A stretch of DNA of 64,000 bases from Takakia lepidozioides. Lineage: Eukaryota > Plantae > Bryophyta. The position numbers were made by a program, and so were the translations under genes. Location: contig CM060733.1 of assembly GCA_030704615.1 (NCBI GenBank), positions 68,386,001 through 68,450,000 of the forward strand. Reading direction: 5' to 3'. This document shows, one piece after another, positions 24,811 through 38,352 of the stretch. Numbering within the stretch: the first letter of the stretch is position 1; each line of letters opens with the position of its first letter. The notes beneath the pieces are model-generated. The model saw only the letters and a list, made by a program, of their open reading frames with translations. It was not told where the DNA came from and ran no database searches.

Positions 24811-24828
24811 GAGAGGGGGAGGGGTAAA
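24811..24828 (+). other. Polypurine tract of Gypsy A1
   Basis: GAGAGGGGGAGGGGTAAA directly before the LTR TG. Confidence 0.85.
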
Positions 24829-25835
24829 TGTTAGAGGGCTGCTTGGGACTTAGACGCTTTTACGGGTTCTGTGGGGTACCCTTAATTTGCGCAGACTGAG
24901 ACCAACAGGAGCCTTAGGGGTGGCAGCAGCAGGCTTTAGGGGGGTTATACAGCCCGATACAGCTTTACACAGCCAGTCACAGCCCGCCACAGCTTCGCAC
25001 AGTCCGACACAGCTTCGCACAGCCCGCCACAGCCCGACACAGCTTCGCACAACCAGTCACAGCCCGCCACAGCTTCGCACAGCCCGCCACAGCCCGACAC
25101 AGCTTCGCACAGCCAGTCACAGCCTGCCACAGCGTTGCACAGCCCGACACAGCTTTACACAGCCAGTCACAGCTCGGCACAGCTTGACACAGCCTTTCAC
25201 AGTACATGGGGAACAGTTATCATTGACAGGGAACGATTGTGAGGGAACAACATCTGCAGAGGGAACGTGTTACTTCAGGGATGACGGTTAGTTAGTTAGG
25301 TGGTTAGAACAGCTTGCGGGCGGATAAGGAGAGCGGCAACGGAAAGAGGAGGGCACTTCACGGGGAGCGCTTCTGGGTCATGCATGAGAGGAGATCAGGC
25401 GGAGAGGAAGAACGAGAGCACGGAGAAGCAGGAGAGATGAACAGTAGATGCTTGTTACATGCAAAGCTGTAGTGATACTGTAGGGCGGATTAGTGTCACC
25501 ATGGCATTGGCCTTATACTGATAAATCATAATTTGATACTTATTCGATACAATCGCACTGCGTAGTGAGACATGAATGAAGCTGTGGAATGAATGCATGA
25601 TTAACTGGAAATTAGTAGATACTGAAGCAATCTGATGCTTCAGTATACACGTTAAGGTAAATTGATAACATGAAGGCGAGAAGGAATACAAATAGGACGC
25701 ACAACCATGATACACTAGCTGCAGGTCATGACTGATTGTTCTGAGCGGGCTGAGTGCTTAGAGATATCCAACTCTTCTATCTTGGAGTTTCCACCTCGGA
25801 TAACGAAGAAATGGGTGAGTAAAAGCCGCTCGACA
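24829..25835 (+). repeat. 3' LTR of Gypsy A1 (contains a CACAGC tandem array at about 24948-25203)
   Basis: TGTTAGAGGG...GCTCGACA, homologous to 54189-55206. Confidence 0.93.
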
Positions 25836-28572
25836 CTTTGTTGCCATCAACGAAAAGTCCGTACAATTACAAGTCGGCTCCACTCCGATTGTAATTGTGT
25901 ATACGTCGTCGTGTACAGCTGAGCCGGCCATTGCCATCCAATAAACACACCCAAGGCCGGGTGTGGGTACGTCTCGGGAGCTCTGAATAGTACAAGCCAT
26001 CCCAAAATGGCAATCCGAGTCTCATTCAACTTGTTGGGAGGGTGTCGTCTCTTCACTCTTCCAAATTGCATTGTGGGATATGCAGAAATGTCCAATCCGT
26101 CTCTACTGGACCTCGCAGTCTGCAATGGCTGGGTCTGAGGAACTGAAAATGGGTGGGTCGGGACGTCTGTGCGTTGCACCATTATCCTGCTGCAGAAAGA
26201 GCATCCGCCTCATTTCTGAGAGAGGTTGCAACCCGGTGCAACAGGCCAGACGCCGGGAAGCTCCGGCATTCCCTGAATGCCGTACTTGGGCTTGCCAAAT
26301 ACACAAGTCATTATGTCGTGCCTACAGAACCAAAACGTCTGCATTGTGGCGTGAGAAAATCTGGGAGTCATAAACCTGGCGCTGAAACAAGGTGCAGGTA
26401 CAGCACTGTGTGGGTTCCTCCGAATCATCTCACCGTAGCGTGCTCTCGTATCCACCCGGATGGCGCAGCACTTCCCTCGAAATGCCGGCATTGTCCTTGC
26501 AATTCTCCACTGTGACTCCGACACTCTTGTCTCGACAATGGGTATGTTGTACTGCGTGACAACAGATGGCTCGTTATGTTCCTCGGGCACGTGCCCTGTG
26601 CTCAAAGGAGATGGCGATCTTGAACGTGCAGGGCTTGCGGTGTTGGACGAGACATCCTCAGGCAACATTACGGGACCACAAGGGAGCGTGCGAATATTGT
26701 CAGCTCGCTAGGAATCCTCTTCTCCGCCAGGTGGCTCGTCAAGTCGTCGTCTCACTGGACAGGTGTGAACATCTCCTTCCAAATGTTGGCCTCTTCGAAG
26801 CAATGGCGTGTCTTGAAGGCCCTCTCGCAAGGCTGCTGCCCACTTCCGAGGATTCTTGGATTTGGATGCAGTCCACATCAGCATTTCCTGCCTATCCGGC
26901 CCCAAACCCCACTGTTTCCCTTTCAAGAACTCGTTGTACATGGATTGCTACATAATTGACCTCACAATGTCCTCCGTTGTGGCAGTGAGGATGTCCACCA
27001 TACGCGCCGCAGAGGAGGCACGCCATGAAGAATGTACTGATTCGGCCATGTTTGTTTGTCGGCATGTCGGTGTCGGAGTCCAGACACATTTCCTGCAGAT
27101 GCACATTCTTAGGTTAGAAGCAAGTTACAAATCATGACTACCATAATATTGAACGGAACATGAAATCGTCCAACTCACCTCCCGCATATAATCGCCGAAC
27201 TGGAGGAAACGATAATGCCATCATGTAAGCCAACTGACCATTGCTCCCTCGTTTGATTTCTTTATAGCACTTGACGTTGTCCACCAAGCTCGTATACATG
27301 CAAACTCTATCTCTGCATCATCCAAGGTGGGAGCACGCTTCCACGCAAGACACATGGAACGGTGGTCCTCTCTGAATTCTGGCGCCACGAGCCTGGTTAT
27401 GTACTGCGACAAGCTTTGCAGAAAATGGAACCCACAAGATCTCTCATTGTCTTCCATTGGAACATTCGGGTCTTCCCAGTACACCCTTCGAACGGCAGCC
27501 CAATTTGCTTGTGGGTTGTCCGCCATGAAACCACGAAAATTCAGCGGGGGCAATCCCGCCTTGGCCATTTGTTCGTTTATTCCCTGCCAAAGAAGCATCT
27601 CTGATTGTGTGTCCTCCCCTTTCATCTCACAAATATAAATTGTCATTAGCATCCTGCAGTGGGGGTCGTAGACATGTGCACCCATTGTCATCCACTAGTG
27701 GTTTGTAATGCGCTTGATATGGTCGAACATGACCCAACTGTTTGACAAGTCTCCACTCGTCATCCGGTGGACCAGATCCACGCCGCTGCCAGGCCCACAC
27801 GTCGACACTTTGAATACGAAACAACGATCTGCCTCAGTCCCTTGTCCTGGAGACCGACTTCCATGAATGTAGTCATATCCACATTGTCGCTTCACCTCCA
27901 GAATGGACTACATATCTGAGCCTCGCCCAATTTTCTGTTTGCAGGAAACAATGTGGTTTTGGACATTCGATGAACAGACGTGGGACACTGACTCCAGCAA
28001 TGCCTCCATTTCCTTCTCATCGAGAGGAACTCTGTTGGATTTTGGAAGTGCCTGGTAGGCTATAATGGGCGCCCATTGTACTGCGCAGTACCACCCTGGC
28101 ACCCTCTTCCGACATTATTCTGCCCAATGCCATCTTATGGACGGCCTACAGCTGTATCTGTTTCAGTTTGGCACCAGGTCTCAACTTAACCTCCTCCTGA
28201 ATGAGCTGCTCTGCCTCCTGGGCAGCCTCCCGCGAGTTCCCCCTCGTCAATTTGTGACAATGCACACAAACGTGTATGCAAGCTCGTGTGAGGTCAGGCA
28301 AAAGGTGGCACATATAATACTGCTTGGCATTACAAACAGACATGCAATGCGGTGGTTCTTTGCAATGCGCGCACTTAAATGTGGAATTTGGAACATTTTC
28401 CTGAGCTCAAAATGGTTGATGAGCTATGCCTGTCCAATCCGTCTCATTCCTGTGACCTCGGGATTTAAAGTGGAAGCAAGTTGGGGAGAAACACCGCAGC
28501 ACGCCCGCACATAGAACGTAGCGTACCCGCACACCATCGAGCATCTTCATGCTGGTGGTTCTGGTGACGCAC
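25836..28572 (-). pseudogene. MULE transposase copy 2, 3' portion (GCM-like domain to SWIM), degenerate
   Basis: VRVRYVLCAG, WVMFDHIKRITNH, FMADNPQANW, SCGFHF, PTCNCTDF; colinear with 17220-19915; cut in the SWIM finger by Gypsy A1. Confidence 0.9.
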
Positions 28573-28729
28573 TGTCGCGGCCCTTTGCCTTGAGGGCAGG
28601 GGGTCGGGACACAAGAGGGGCTGCCCCTGTGGTGGGGGCAGTGGCAGCGATAGGTATAGGGGGCTGAAGCACCCTTGAGTGCCCAAGGCACTCAAGGAGG
28701 CGGAGGCGCTCACTAGGTGGAGCCCCGCA
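28573..28729 (+). repeat. Displaced first ~157 bp of the Gypsy B 5' LTR
   Basis: TGTCGCGGCCC...GGAGCCCCGCA, the part missing from the LTR at 42105-42660; preceded by CGCAC, the reverse complement of TSD GTGCG. Confidence 0.9.
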
Positions 28730-29793
28730 TTACGACGTTTTTTATCCACCATCTCTTTCCACCGGCCTTTCCAAAATGACCCGGGTGGACGCACGGGTGG
28801 AGGTCTCCTCTCCATGGTTCCATCAAATAATTTCTTGCCTCTTGTTCTCCATGGATGGTCGAGAGGTAGAAATTTCCGGTAGTTGGGATAGATCATTTTC
28901 CCGACATTCTTCGAATGCTTTGCATCAAGGTTATCCGGCCCACAACATGAACATCCTGCGTATCCCTTTGTGCTTAGTCCCGAACAAACTAAAAGCCCTG
29001 CACAAAACCATGAATTTAGTTTGGATTTAACATTATGCGCCTCGTATTTCAATAAACCTTGTAAACATGAACTGCTAAAGAAAAATCATGACGAGTACGT
29101 ACAAACACATGGTATACAGAAGAAATATTAACATTATAGATAATATCAAATTAAGTTGTACCTGGATAGTCATGCCTTGTCCATAGCAAAAGCCCTCGCA
29201 AGAGAAAAGAACGTTGGCCAGTGGGTGCCGATGCATCATAAGTTGGAACTCCATTCCATAAAAGCTTCAGTTCGTCAACCAATGGACGCATATACACATC
29301 CATGTCCTTCACTTGTTTTTTCCCTACAACACAAGTTATTTACGATACATATCAGATCGTTTCAAGTACAAACAAAACAAATCATCTTAGTTACATATAT
29401 ATTCGACATTTTACTACCACGTACATCGTAAAGCAACAAGAAAGAGTTGTGTTATTCACCTGGCACAATGGCAGCCAACATAATATGGCCCTTCATGATA
29501 GCAAGATAGGGAGGGATGTTATAATTAACCAGTGTCAAATGCCAAGTTGAATGGCTATTGGACTGGACTGAGAATGGATTGACACCGTCCATAGACAAGC
29601 CGAGACGGACATGTCTAGGATCTTCCTTCAGAAAAAGCCATTTCTCCTCGGTGTGTTTCCATGCTTGAGAATCATGGGGGCCACACACCTTTCCCGGGGG
29701 GCTTCGATGTGTCGCATGCCACTTCATGAGTTGTGTGAAGGATGGACTCCGAAATTGTGCTTTCAAGCGTGGGATGATTGGAAAATAATGCAT
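28730..29793 (-). pseudogene. tnpD: CACTA/En-Spm transposase (TnpD/Tnp2, Transposase_21-like) 5' exons
   Basis: YFPIIPRL, RHVRLGLSMDGVNPF, NIPP, DVYMRPLVDELKLLW, WTRHDYP, KGYAGCSCC, RKFLPLDHPWR. Confidence 0.92.
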
Positions 29794-30339
29794 TTCCTAA
29801 CCCCACCCACAAGCAATATGACAAAATCAACTTCATGTTTATATTTCCATATACTCTCATATTACACATACATACATATGAATTGCACAACATACGAATT
29901 GAGAACAATCTGCTACCTTGAACCGTAAACCCTAAATTACACTGACATCACCTATAACAATGTCAATGAATATTTGATTTGCCTATTCCTTGCATATTTC
30001 ATGCATCATATATTTATTCTTCTGTATGTACTAACATTTATGAAACGCAAAATTATTCGGGCAATATCAGAACCTTCAAAACCCAAAACCATGTAAGGGG
30101 AAAACAGGTGATGAGAAACACACTTGGATTTTGTAAGTACAGTATAGAATGTGCGGAGAAGGAGACAACAAGGAAAGAGGCGAGACAAACTGGATGAACA
30201 GTGGAAGGGAATGAACGGAAGTAAAGAAGGATGAACGTGGATGAGTGAGGAGAAGGATGAAGGTCTTGGTTCATTTCGTGGATCAGGATGGATGTAGCAT
30301 GAACAGTCAGAAGCAGGAACCAAAACAAAGGGTGGATAC

Positions 30340-33300
30340 TTTGACCGACTTAATCGGTTGTTTGTCAAAGGGCAAATTCCTGAGTTAGAACAACGTCGAA
30401 GGTTTATGGGGGGTCTTAGGCATGAGATAATGAAGCTGATGCTAGGAACCCGATTTCAGAGTGTGCAGTGGAAACCGCCATGGATGTGGAGAGAGGATTA
30501 TCCAAGATTGGAGAAACACCCTTCAAACCTTTGGACGGGGAAGACGTAGCAGAGGTTTTGGTGACTGGGCAGGTTGATCAGCGTGTAGATGCTTTGAATC
30601 TAACACTAAGTAAGAAGAATGTATACACGGAAGATTCTGGTAGTCAAACTCCAATTCGTGGAATTTGGTTGTGTAACCTCTGCCAGCAGGAGGGTCATGT
30701 GGCTGCATACTGTCCAACATAGAAGACTCCAATGAAATGTGCAAAATGCAATCATTATGGTCACCGGACAGAAACTTGTGGAATCAGATGTACCTTTTGC
30801 AAGGTTCTAGGGCACTTCGAACCAGACTGTAGGTTGAAAAAGGAACAAGGTGCAAATGCATTACCTTCTAACAATCTGCTTGAGATTATGTGTGACGATG
30901 AAGATGCAGTCTTGGAACAGCTGAATCAGTTAATATCACATCACGAGATCAAAGAGATACGTCGACTTCCCAAGGTGCGAACACCGGTGGCAACCCCAAA
31001 TCTCAAGGGAGGTCCTAATCTACAAGGCGAAGACATGGCTTCATCACAGGAAGAAGTGCCAGAGGAACAAACGAGACCCTCGGGGCAATTCCTCTTCCCA
31101 AGAAGATCTGAGAAATACCGAGAATCTGAGACAGAAAGATCAAAAATACTGAATCATTTCTACAAAGTACGTATATCCATGTCACCAATGGAGGTCATCA
31201 TGCACGTGTCAGGAGAGTTCGAAAAACTGAAGAGCCTGGTCAAGGTAGTGGAGAAGAGCAAAATGGGCGCTTTTCCAGCCAACCGAGTTCAACAAGAGGT
31301 AAAACTGACACCTGAAACTAGCCACAAGGATATGGAAGCTATCTCTTATGCATTCACAGGCAAAGTAAAGGCTTTGCATGCTCTGGTAACCATTGGAAAC
31401 TTCTAAGTAATGGGCCAGATGTCGGGCAATGATCTCCGAGATAGCAGCAACAACAGTAAGGGATTTGGGACTCATGGGCTGGGTGTTAACAGATCGAGAC
31501 ATGTCGTATAGGGTGGCCTCAGGTGCGGTAGAAACAGCAATGGGTGTGCTCGACAATTTGAAGGTCACTGTTGGAAAACTGACTAACATGATCACTTTCA
31601 TGGTAGTAGTGGATTATTAAGCTAGGTACTGTTTTGGCCTTAAATAGGAGTTGGGTTTTATGGGTAAGGCCTCAGTGGCTGTTAGGTTCTAAGGAAGAGG
31701 AGGCCCTGATTTTTAAGATGGCAGCCTGATAAGGCATTGACATGCCTCTTTCAGGCCTGAATCTGGTGTGGAATGGAGCATAGTGAGGTTTATTTCCAAA
31801 CCCTGGCATAAGCCTCCTAGAAAACAGTGTTGGTAAGCTTTACTAGACTTTTGCCAGAGATTATTAACCTTGTCTTGCCATCAGAGCAGTTACCTGCAAT
31901 GTATGGCTTATTTTTTGGCCAAGTGGGCTTGGTCTTGGGCACTCAAGGTGTGTGTGTGTCCATGTCTTGAATCTGTAATATGGCAGGCCGTTCTTCCATG
32001 CCAAGATGCCTTGCATGATGCATGTCTTGGGGCAATTAAGAATGGTATAGAATGAGGCTGCAATCTTGCTACATTGATGACATCATCATCTTTAGTGCCA
32101 CGGTTGAGGAGCACGAGAGACACCTTCAGGTGGTGTTTGAGCGCTTGAGGGCGCATGGATTGAAATTGCACCCTGGAAAGTGCAAGTTCTTCCACGATCA
32201 GATTGAGTATCTGGGCCACATTTTATACCCTGGAGGATTGGGTGTTCAACAGACAAAGGTGGAGGCCATTACACGCATTCCACGCCCCATAGATGTAAGC
32301 AGAGTTCGTGCTTTCATGGGGTTGGCAAACTACTATCGACGGTTTGTCAAGGGATTTAGTTGCATTGCAAAGGCTCTTACCAAGTTGACCTAGGTGGGTC
32401 AGGAGTGGCAGTGGGAGGAGGAGCAGGAGGAAGCCTTTGAGGAACTCAAGGCTCGATTGACTTCTGCGCCTATTCTGAGGCGGCCTATTCGGGGGCGGCC
32501 TTTCCAGCTACATACGGATTGGAGTATGTTGCGGATTGGAGCAGTGAGCACTCACACAGGTGGATGATGAGGGAAGAGAGTTTGTAGTGGCATATGCTAG
32601 CCGCTCGAACAATGATGCTGAGGCAAAGTATAGCTCATATGAAGGAGAGTGTCTAGTTGTAGTATGGGCAGTGGCACATTTCAGATGCTATCTCTATGGC
32701 AATCTCTTCACCCTTGTCACGGATCACCAACCATTGAAGTGGTTGATGGAGTCAGACAAGCTTACAAGGAAGTTTGCACGGTGGGCACTTATGCTTCAAG
32801 AGTACAACTTTCAGGTTGTGCATCAAGCCAGAATTGTCAACCGGGATGCGGATGGATTGAGTCCCATGCACAAGTGAGCTTGATGATACAGGAGCTCGTT
32901 GGTATGGTGAGACCGACGAGGAGATGGTGCCAGGATGGCACGCATCTGTTCTTTTTGTGAATTCTAGCAATGGGAGCTCAAGCTGGTCCATCCCATGTGA
33001 TTGGTCATGGAGATAGTATGCATGACGATCCAGAGATCAGTGCGGAACTTGGTGGTGCTAAGGACGTGCATGAAGATGCAACAGTGTTGGCCTATCTTCG
33101 TGCGAGGAGACAACAGCCAGTGTGACTGCCAAGGAGAGAGATCGGATCCTACAACGAGCCAAGAGGTTCAAGTGGGAGGGGACTCACCTACTCCGAGTAT
33201 GGGAGGATGGACGAGTGAGGATTGTGCCTCATCCAACACAACGAGCGCGATTGGTACGTCATGCCCATGAGGAATTTTGGCGTGCGACGCACTCATAGTT

Positions 33301-33450
33301 TGCTGCAAGAGCAGTATTGGTGGCGGGGCATGCATACGAATGTGCAGCAGTTAGTGGCAAGGTGCATGGTGTATGATAGAGTGCGGGCTTCCTTTAATGC
33401 ACCTACTCCACAGTTGCATCCTTTACCCATTATGGGTTTGGGCTATCGTT
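30340..33450 (+). mobile_element. Degenerate Ty3/Gypsy family C internal fragment (gag, PR, partial RT, RH, N-terminal INT)
   Basis: Three CCHC knuckles at 30670-30830; YIDDII, GLANYYRRFV, VAYASR, YSSYEGE, TDHQPL, YWW; about 31620-32055 is unrelated sequence replacing most of RT. Confidence 0.85.
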
Positions 33451-33479
33451 GAAGCTTTCTGCCGCTTCCTTAATATCCA

Positions 33480-34290
33480 ATTCTACAATGACGAGTTCAA
33501 GAATTGGCCCAATGTTATAAAAGAATCTTATGTCGATACCCCTTTTCACCACTGGAATGGTTGGAGATGGAATGCATAGAGAATGCTTCCCTTGTTTTTT
33601 GCACTGTCTCCACGGCAGACCGACGATCGTTGAAGCTTTTGGTGTTCAATTGCGTGATGATTGATGATTTGATGATTGATGTTGGTAAACATGACAACCC
33701 ATACCATATGAAGTCGCCAAAAGGTTTATTGTTCAGAAACACACTGATGAGAATAAAAGTCAATCAGAATTTGAAATGGCTCATTTCTGTTGGGCTCATG
33801 GTGCAGAGGTTCATGTGGAAAGGTTCTCTTGGGAGCCCATTGGGAAGGGTGACATAGTCATGACTGGAATTAATGAAGTGAAGTCCTTCATCAGCAGGTT
33901 GTTACAAATGTCAACATCTAATCATGATGAAGGAGCTCCGAAACACTTGTGTATAAAAGTGATTGAGCATGGTGAAACATTATGTAATAATTTGCCGTCA
34001 TATTAACAGTAACAAGAGGAGAATTTTGAGTGCCATCGTGGATAGAGTGCCACAAGAATGAAGGAGATGAACGGTTACTCTGGAGCAAAAATTATCATTT
34101 TTTGGCTACATTGGTGAGGGACCTCTCCGAAAGTACAATGGGTTCAATTTGATTGTTAGGGGCACTCATTGTAATAATCTCTCCAGAAACAACCTCTTCG
34201 GAAACAACCAACAATTGCCTGTTGAGCTGACACCAAAATCCCATTAAAAGTCCTCCATTGAACTAACATTGTACGATTTTACCATTGAAC
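33480..34290 (+). pseudogene. DRM: Highly degenerate DRM-type cytosine-5 methyltransferase fragments
   Basis: KYNGFNLIVRGTHCNNLSRNN at 34131-34195 matches the reverse complement of about 48835-48895 at DNA level; intron-like ccattgaactaacattgtac shared with about 48450; weaker PLEWLEME and SPKGL similarity upstream. Confidence 0.5.
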
Positions 34291-34699
34291 GAACTGGACG
34301 ACTGGACCTAACAATCCAACAATAAGTTGGGGGAAATAACAATAATTTTGGGGACTAGCAAAAATAATTTGGGGATGAGAGCAGAGAAGGCGTGGGGATG
34401 GATGTAGACAAGCGAGCGGGTCACACTAGCGGTCATTTGTTTTTTATTTTTAAAAATATAAAGCAACCGCCATATTTGCGGCGCCGTCATATTATTAATA
34501 ATAGAATGACTGCATATAGACGCCTCTTGAAGGGAGCGTAAATTATGGTGTCTCTTAATAATAGAAAATAATGCAACTGTCACTTGGCGGTCGCTGCTTT
34601 TTGTTAGTTTAAAAAATGAAGCAACCTCTTCACTTTGTTATTTTATTTTCTATGGAATTCTCGGGTAGATATATATATTTTGTGGCACAATACTTAAGT

Positions 34700-35400
34700 T
34701 CTTGGACTAGAGAGTACGTGAACATTAATAGTGTGGATTGTGTTGTTGAGCACATACTATACAATAATTTTATATTCCAGAAAGAACCATTTTTTTTTCC
34801 ATGAACTTATTGACTATTAGATATCCAATCATTGTCCGAGGAAAGCCCACTTCATGTGCGAAGAGTTGAAAAAAACACTTGAAAACAAACAAATAAACTA
34901 CCTTGCTTCGTATATTGAAATAAACAATTTATTTTTTTCCATGAATTTATTGAGTATTAGATATCCTATCATTGTCCGAGGAAAACCCACTTCATGTGTG
35001 AAGAGTTGAAATAAATACTTGAAAACAAACGAATAAACTGCCTTACTTCATATAATGAAGAAACCAATTTATTTTTTTCCATGAATTTATTTAGTAATAT
35101 ATCCATTCATTGTTCCAGGAAAGCTATTTTCCGGGAATTTCCAGGGACCAAAAATACTTGAAATTCCATATCTCCCACCCCGCAGGTCCAAAAATCATGA
35201 GAATAAGCCGGTGCATCCCTACTATACAGATATCCAACCATTGTCCGAGGAAAGCCCACTTCATGAGTAAAGAGTTGAAAAAAACACTTGAAAACAAACA
35301 AATTAACTATTGAAAAATTCAATTGAGTTTTTCCATGAATTTATTTAGTAATATATCCAATCATTGTTCCAAGAAGGCCCACTTTGCTATTTTTCACCAA
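34700..35400. repeat. AT-rich imperfect tandem repeat (about 140-bp unit)
   Basis: ttttttccatgaatttatt..atcattgtccgaggaaagcccacttcatg..aagagttgaaaaaaacacttgaaaacaaac recurring at about 34790, 34930, 35225; 34700-34790 also repeated at about 35915-36005. Confidence 0.8.
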
Positions 35401-36144
35401 TTTCCAGCGTCCATGTGTGAACCGGTGTTGTACCAATATTGGTATTTGGACATACCAGACTAGTACTGGTAGTGAATTATGGACTAAATTTGAGACATGG
35501 CAGGCACTGGTATTACATTAATTTGACAATTTTAGATATTGGACTCGTATAAGTAAAAGGAATTGAGTATATTTTATGGTCTGGTAGTTCAAGGTATGGT
35601 CTGAAGGTCAATTCTTTTTCTCAGGGTATTGAAATTTTCTTCAATCTACTAAATATTTCATATACATATCCTTGCAATATTCATATATTTCCCCCCATAT
35701 GAGATGGAAAAAAACAAATATTGATACCCTACTAATATACAACCACAATTTTATGTTATATACCCCTCATATACCCTACCCGGCCCCCTTACCCCACTAC
35801 CAGGACCATACCAGTATTGGGAAATGTGGGCCCTTGTGATACCAGAATCAGTCTGGTATCGTATTTTCGTGATACCAGTCCAACATTGGTGTGAACACTT
35901 CATTTTGCACCTAGGCTCTTGGACTATATAGTACGTGATCAGTCATAGTGTGGACTGTGTCGTTGAGCACATACTATACAGTCATCTTATATTCCAGAAA
36001 GAACCAAGTATATATATATATTTGCAGATGTAACCATATAAAAGAGCAAATCATTGTCCAAGGAAAGCCCCGACGTCGCAGAGGGGTTGGCGCGCCTGGG
36101 GTCCTGGCGTCACTACCCCCCCCCCCCCCCCCCTAAACGTAGTA

Positions 36145-36296
36145 GTGCCATTTACGATGGTGCATATATCGGAGGACATGACACCGTTGTCTACTACACC
36201 AAAGGGGAGCAGGCTGCATCCATTGTCTTCACCTACCGACACCCTATCAGTCATGAGCTTGTTGAGAGGCCAATCGAGGTTCCAGCTTCTTGGTGA
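36145..36296 (+). pseudogene. C-terminal fragment of the unknown MULE cargo protein (third copy)
   Basis: AIYDGAYIGGHDTVV..FTYRHPISHELVERPIEVPASW matches the C-termini of 6900-7463 and 8013-8589. Confidence 0.7.
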
Positions 36297-36871
36297 CAAT
36301 AGTGCAACACGGCAGCAAATTCCCAACTTAGCTGAGCATGGATTGCATGCATACTTTTGGCTTACCTCGGCTTGTGAGGGCATGCATACTTGTCATAGTT
36401 CATTATATGAATTAAAATTTTCCTTTGAACCAAAGTTCCACTTTTTGTGCACTGCTGAATTTTGTTGAATGTTGACTTTTGCCTAAGAGGGTCCAGCACT
36501 CAAGCTTGTAATCTGACCCTCTGGAATGCCACATCTCTTTCAATTCCCTCTGTCCATCGGGAAGGTGCTTGCACGCTTGCCCCCCCACGCTTCTCGTCAG
36601 ACGCCGCAATTATTGGTTTGCGCAGGGCACCTGCACAGGTCTGTAGCCTTCTGACTGCATATCGTTGGCAGTTATTGCGCAAAGGCCAGGGGCCGCATTT
36701 CGGAGAGAAGGTTCATGAAAACTCTGACAGTGCATTTTTGGGAGTGTGGGTTCGCCGGATTCGCTCGCTCCTAAAGATCGGCCCTGCATTGCTTTGCCTC
36801 GCTGCATTCCCCCTTCTCCCAGGGCGCTTGCCCGACCGCCTTGCGCGCGCAGTCTTCTGTGCATATCTCCC

Positions 36872-37628
36872 ATGGTTGAAAACTCGAGCGCTATAATGTA
36901 CTGCCCTCCTCAGGAGCACAGAGCTACATTTCGATGCACAGGGGGAATCTGTCGGGTTATGGAGAAATATCTCTGCGTCCGATACCACCTGAAACCGGGG
37001 TCAGTACTCATGGAGGAGGAAATGAAGGATTCAAATGGTGTACTAGAAAGTATCGTTGTGCTCCACGATGATTTCGGCGACGACAGGGAATGGCAAGTTC
37101 CACCATCGGACAGCATCATATACAGGGCTATTGGGGGCTTCATTTGTCCGCCAAATGCGCCTTCTTTCCTGTTGCCTTCCACGAAAGAATCCGCGAATCT
37201 GAGAGTTGGTACGTCAAAGAGATAAATCCGCAACGAAGTTAATCCAAAGCCTCCCCCATCAATGAAAACAAGCGAGGACCAGGTTGTTCACAATCTGTCG
37301 GACTCAGATGAGGTCATGGAAGTTCCAAGATCATCTTGGAGATCAAGAAAGTCCTCAATGAACATCAGTGGACGAGCGAGTCATATTCCCAGTACGAGCT
37401 CAGCAACTCGATCCATTCTTGATATTCTGCGAGGGCTGCATACGGAGGGACACCGCTCCGAGCTGGCTGCGCTGGACCACAACAAGTTCACAATCAAATC
37501 CGTGACACACCTTCCCGCAGACGTCGACGCCAATATCTTCTTTGAGTTCCCTCCTCAAACGGACAATTCTAGGGCGTCCCGAATGTTGACAGATATGGAT
37601 AGGAAACATGACGGTCATCCTTGGTGCG
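36872..37628 (+). pseudogene. MULE transposase copy 2, 5' portion
   Basis: MVENSSAIMYCPPQ..GGICRV..LKPGSV..EWQVPPSD..RSELAALD..DMDRKHDGHPWC; ends at the Gypsy B LTR. Confidence 0.9.
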
Positions 37629-38352
37629 TGTCGCGCACCTCACTTCGGTAAGCTCCCCCCTCAAGTCATAGTTACGTGCTTGATGCTCGCGCCTAACTCC
37701 CAACCTGGCCGCCGGGCCAACTTGGAGCTCCGGCTGCTCACCGAGACATAACGGTCCCCCTTTGATCTCCCAAAGAACCCTCCAACGATTTAGAACCAGC
37801 GGAATTCCCTTGGTACTTGGCAGTCCGGAACAGCTCCCCACTCTTTGGTCGCTTTCCGGCTCGCTCGCTTACTCACTAGTTTTTGGTCACCAACGGGCTT
37901 GCACCGTTCTCGGGGTTACTACTCCCTATATATACTTCTGTAGCTGTCCGCGGGGGTTTCACAAACAACCATGCCATTTTATGGCGAACCACCACGAACA
38001 CCCTCGACTCCCGGTGATGAGTCGCGGTGAGTCTTGGCCCACCCACCACGGCCCCTATGAACCGTGATGAGTCCCAAGACTCCCTACGACTCCCACCACG
38101 AGGTCTCCACCCCAGGGTGAGTCCTATGCCACCCCCACTAAGTCCCGCTAAGCTACCACCACCCCTCGTGGAGCCACCCCCACCGCAACCCGGTGTGTGG
38201 GGCTCCACCTAGTGAGCGCCTCCGCCTCCTTGAGTGCCTTGGGCACTCAAGGGTGCTTCAACCCCCCATACCTATCGCTGCCACTGCCCCCACCACAGGG
38301 GCAACCCCTCTTGTGTCCCGACCCCCTGCCCTCAAGGCAAAGGGCCGCGACA
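37629..38352 (-). repeat. 3' LTR of Gypsy B
   Basis: TG...CA ends, closely similar to 42105-42660 plus 28573-28727. Confidence 0.93.

Larger units (their letters stand above)
1..25835 (+). mobile_element. Ty3/Gypsy LTR retrotransposon, family A copy 1 (5' end outside window; interrupted by solo LTR B and by the 14.45-kb MULE)
   Basis: gag-PR-RT-RH-INT order at 1-4940, long 3' region with an extra ORF, PPT at 24811-24828, and 3' LTR at 24829-25835 that matches the LTR at 54189-55206. Confidence 0.9.

Noticed and set aside
24850-25291. HS/TQL-repeat ORFs (also 54282-54650)
   Set aside because: Products of the LTR minisatellite
36111-36147. CACTAC...GTAGTAGTG as a CACTA terminus (also GTAGTGTAGTG at about 50929)
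   Set aside because: No matching partner TIR or 3-bp TSD could be established
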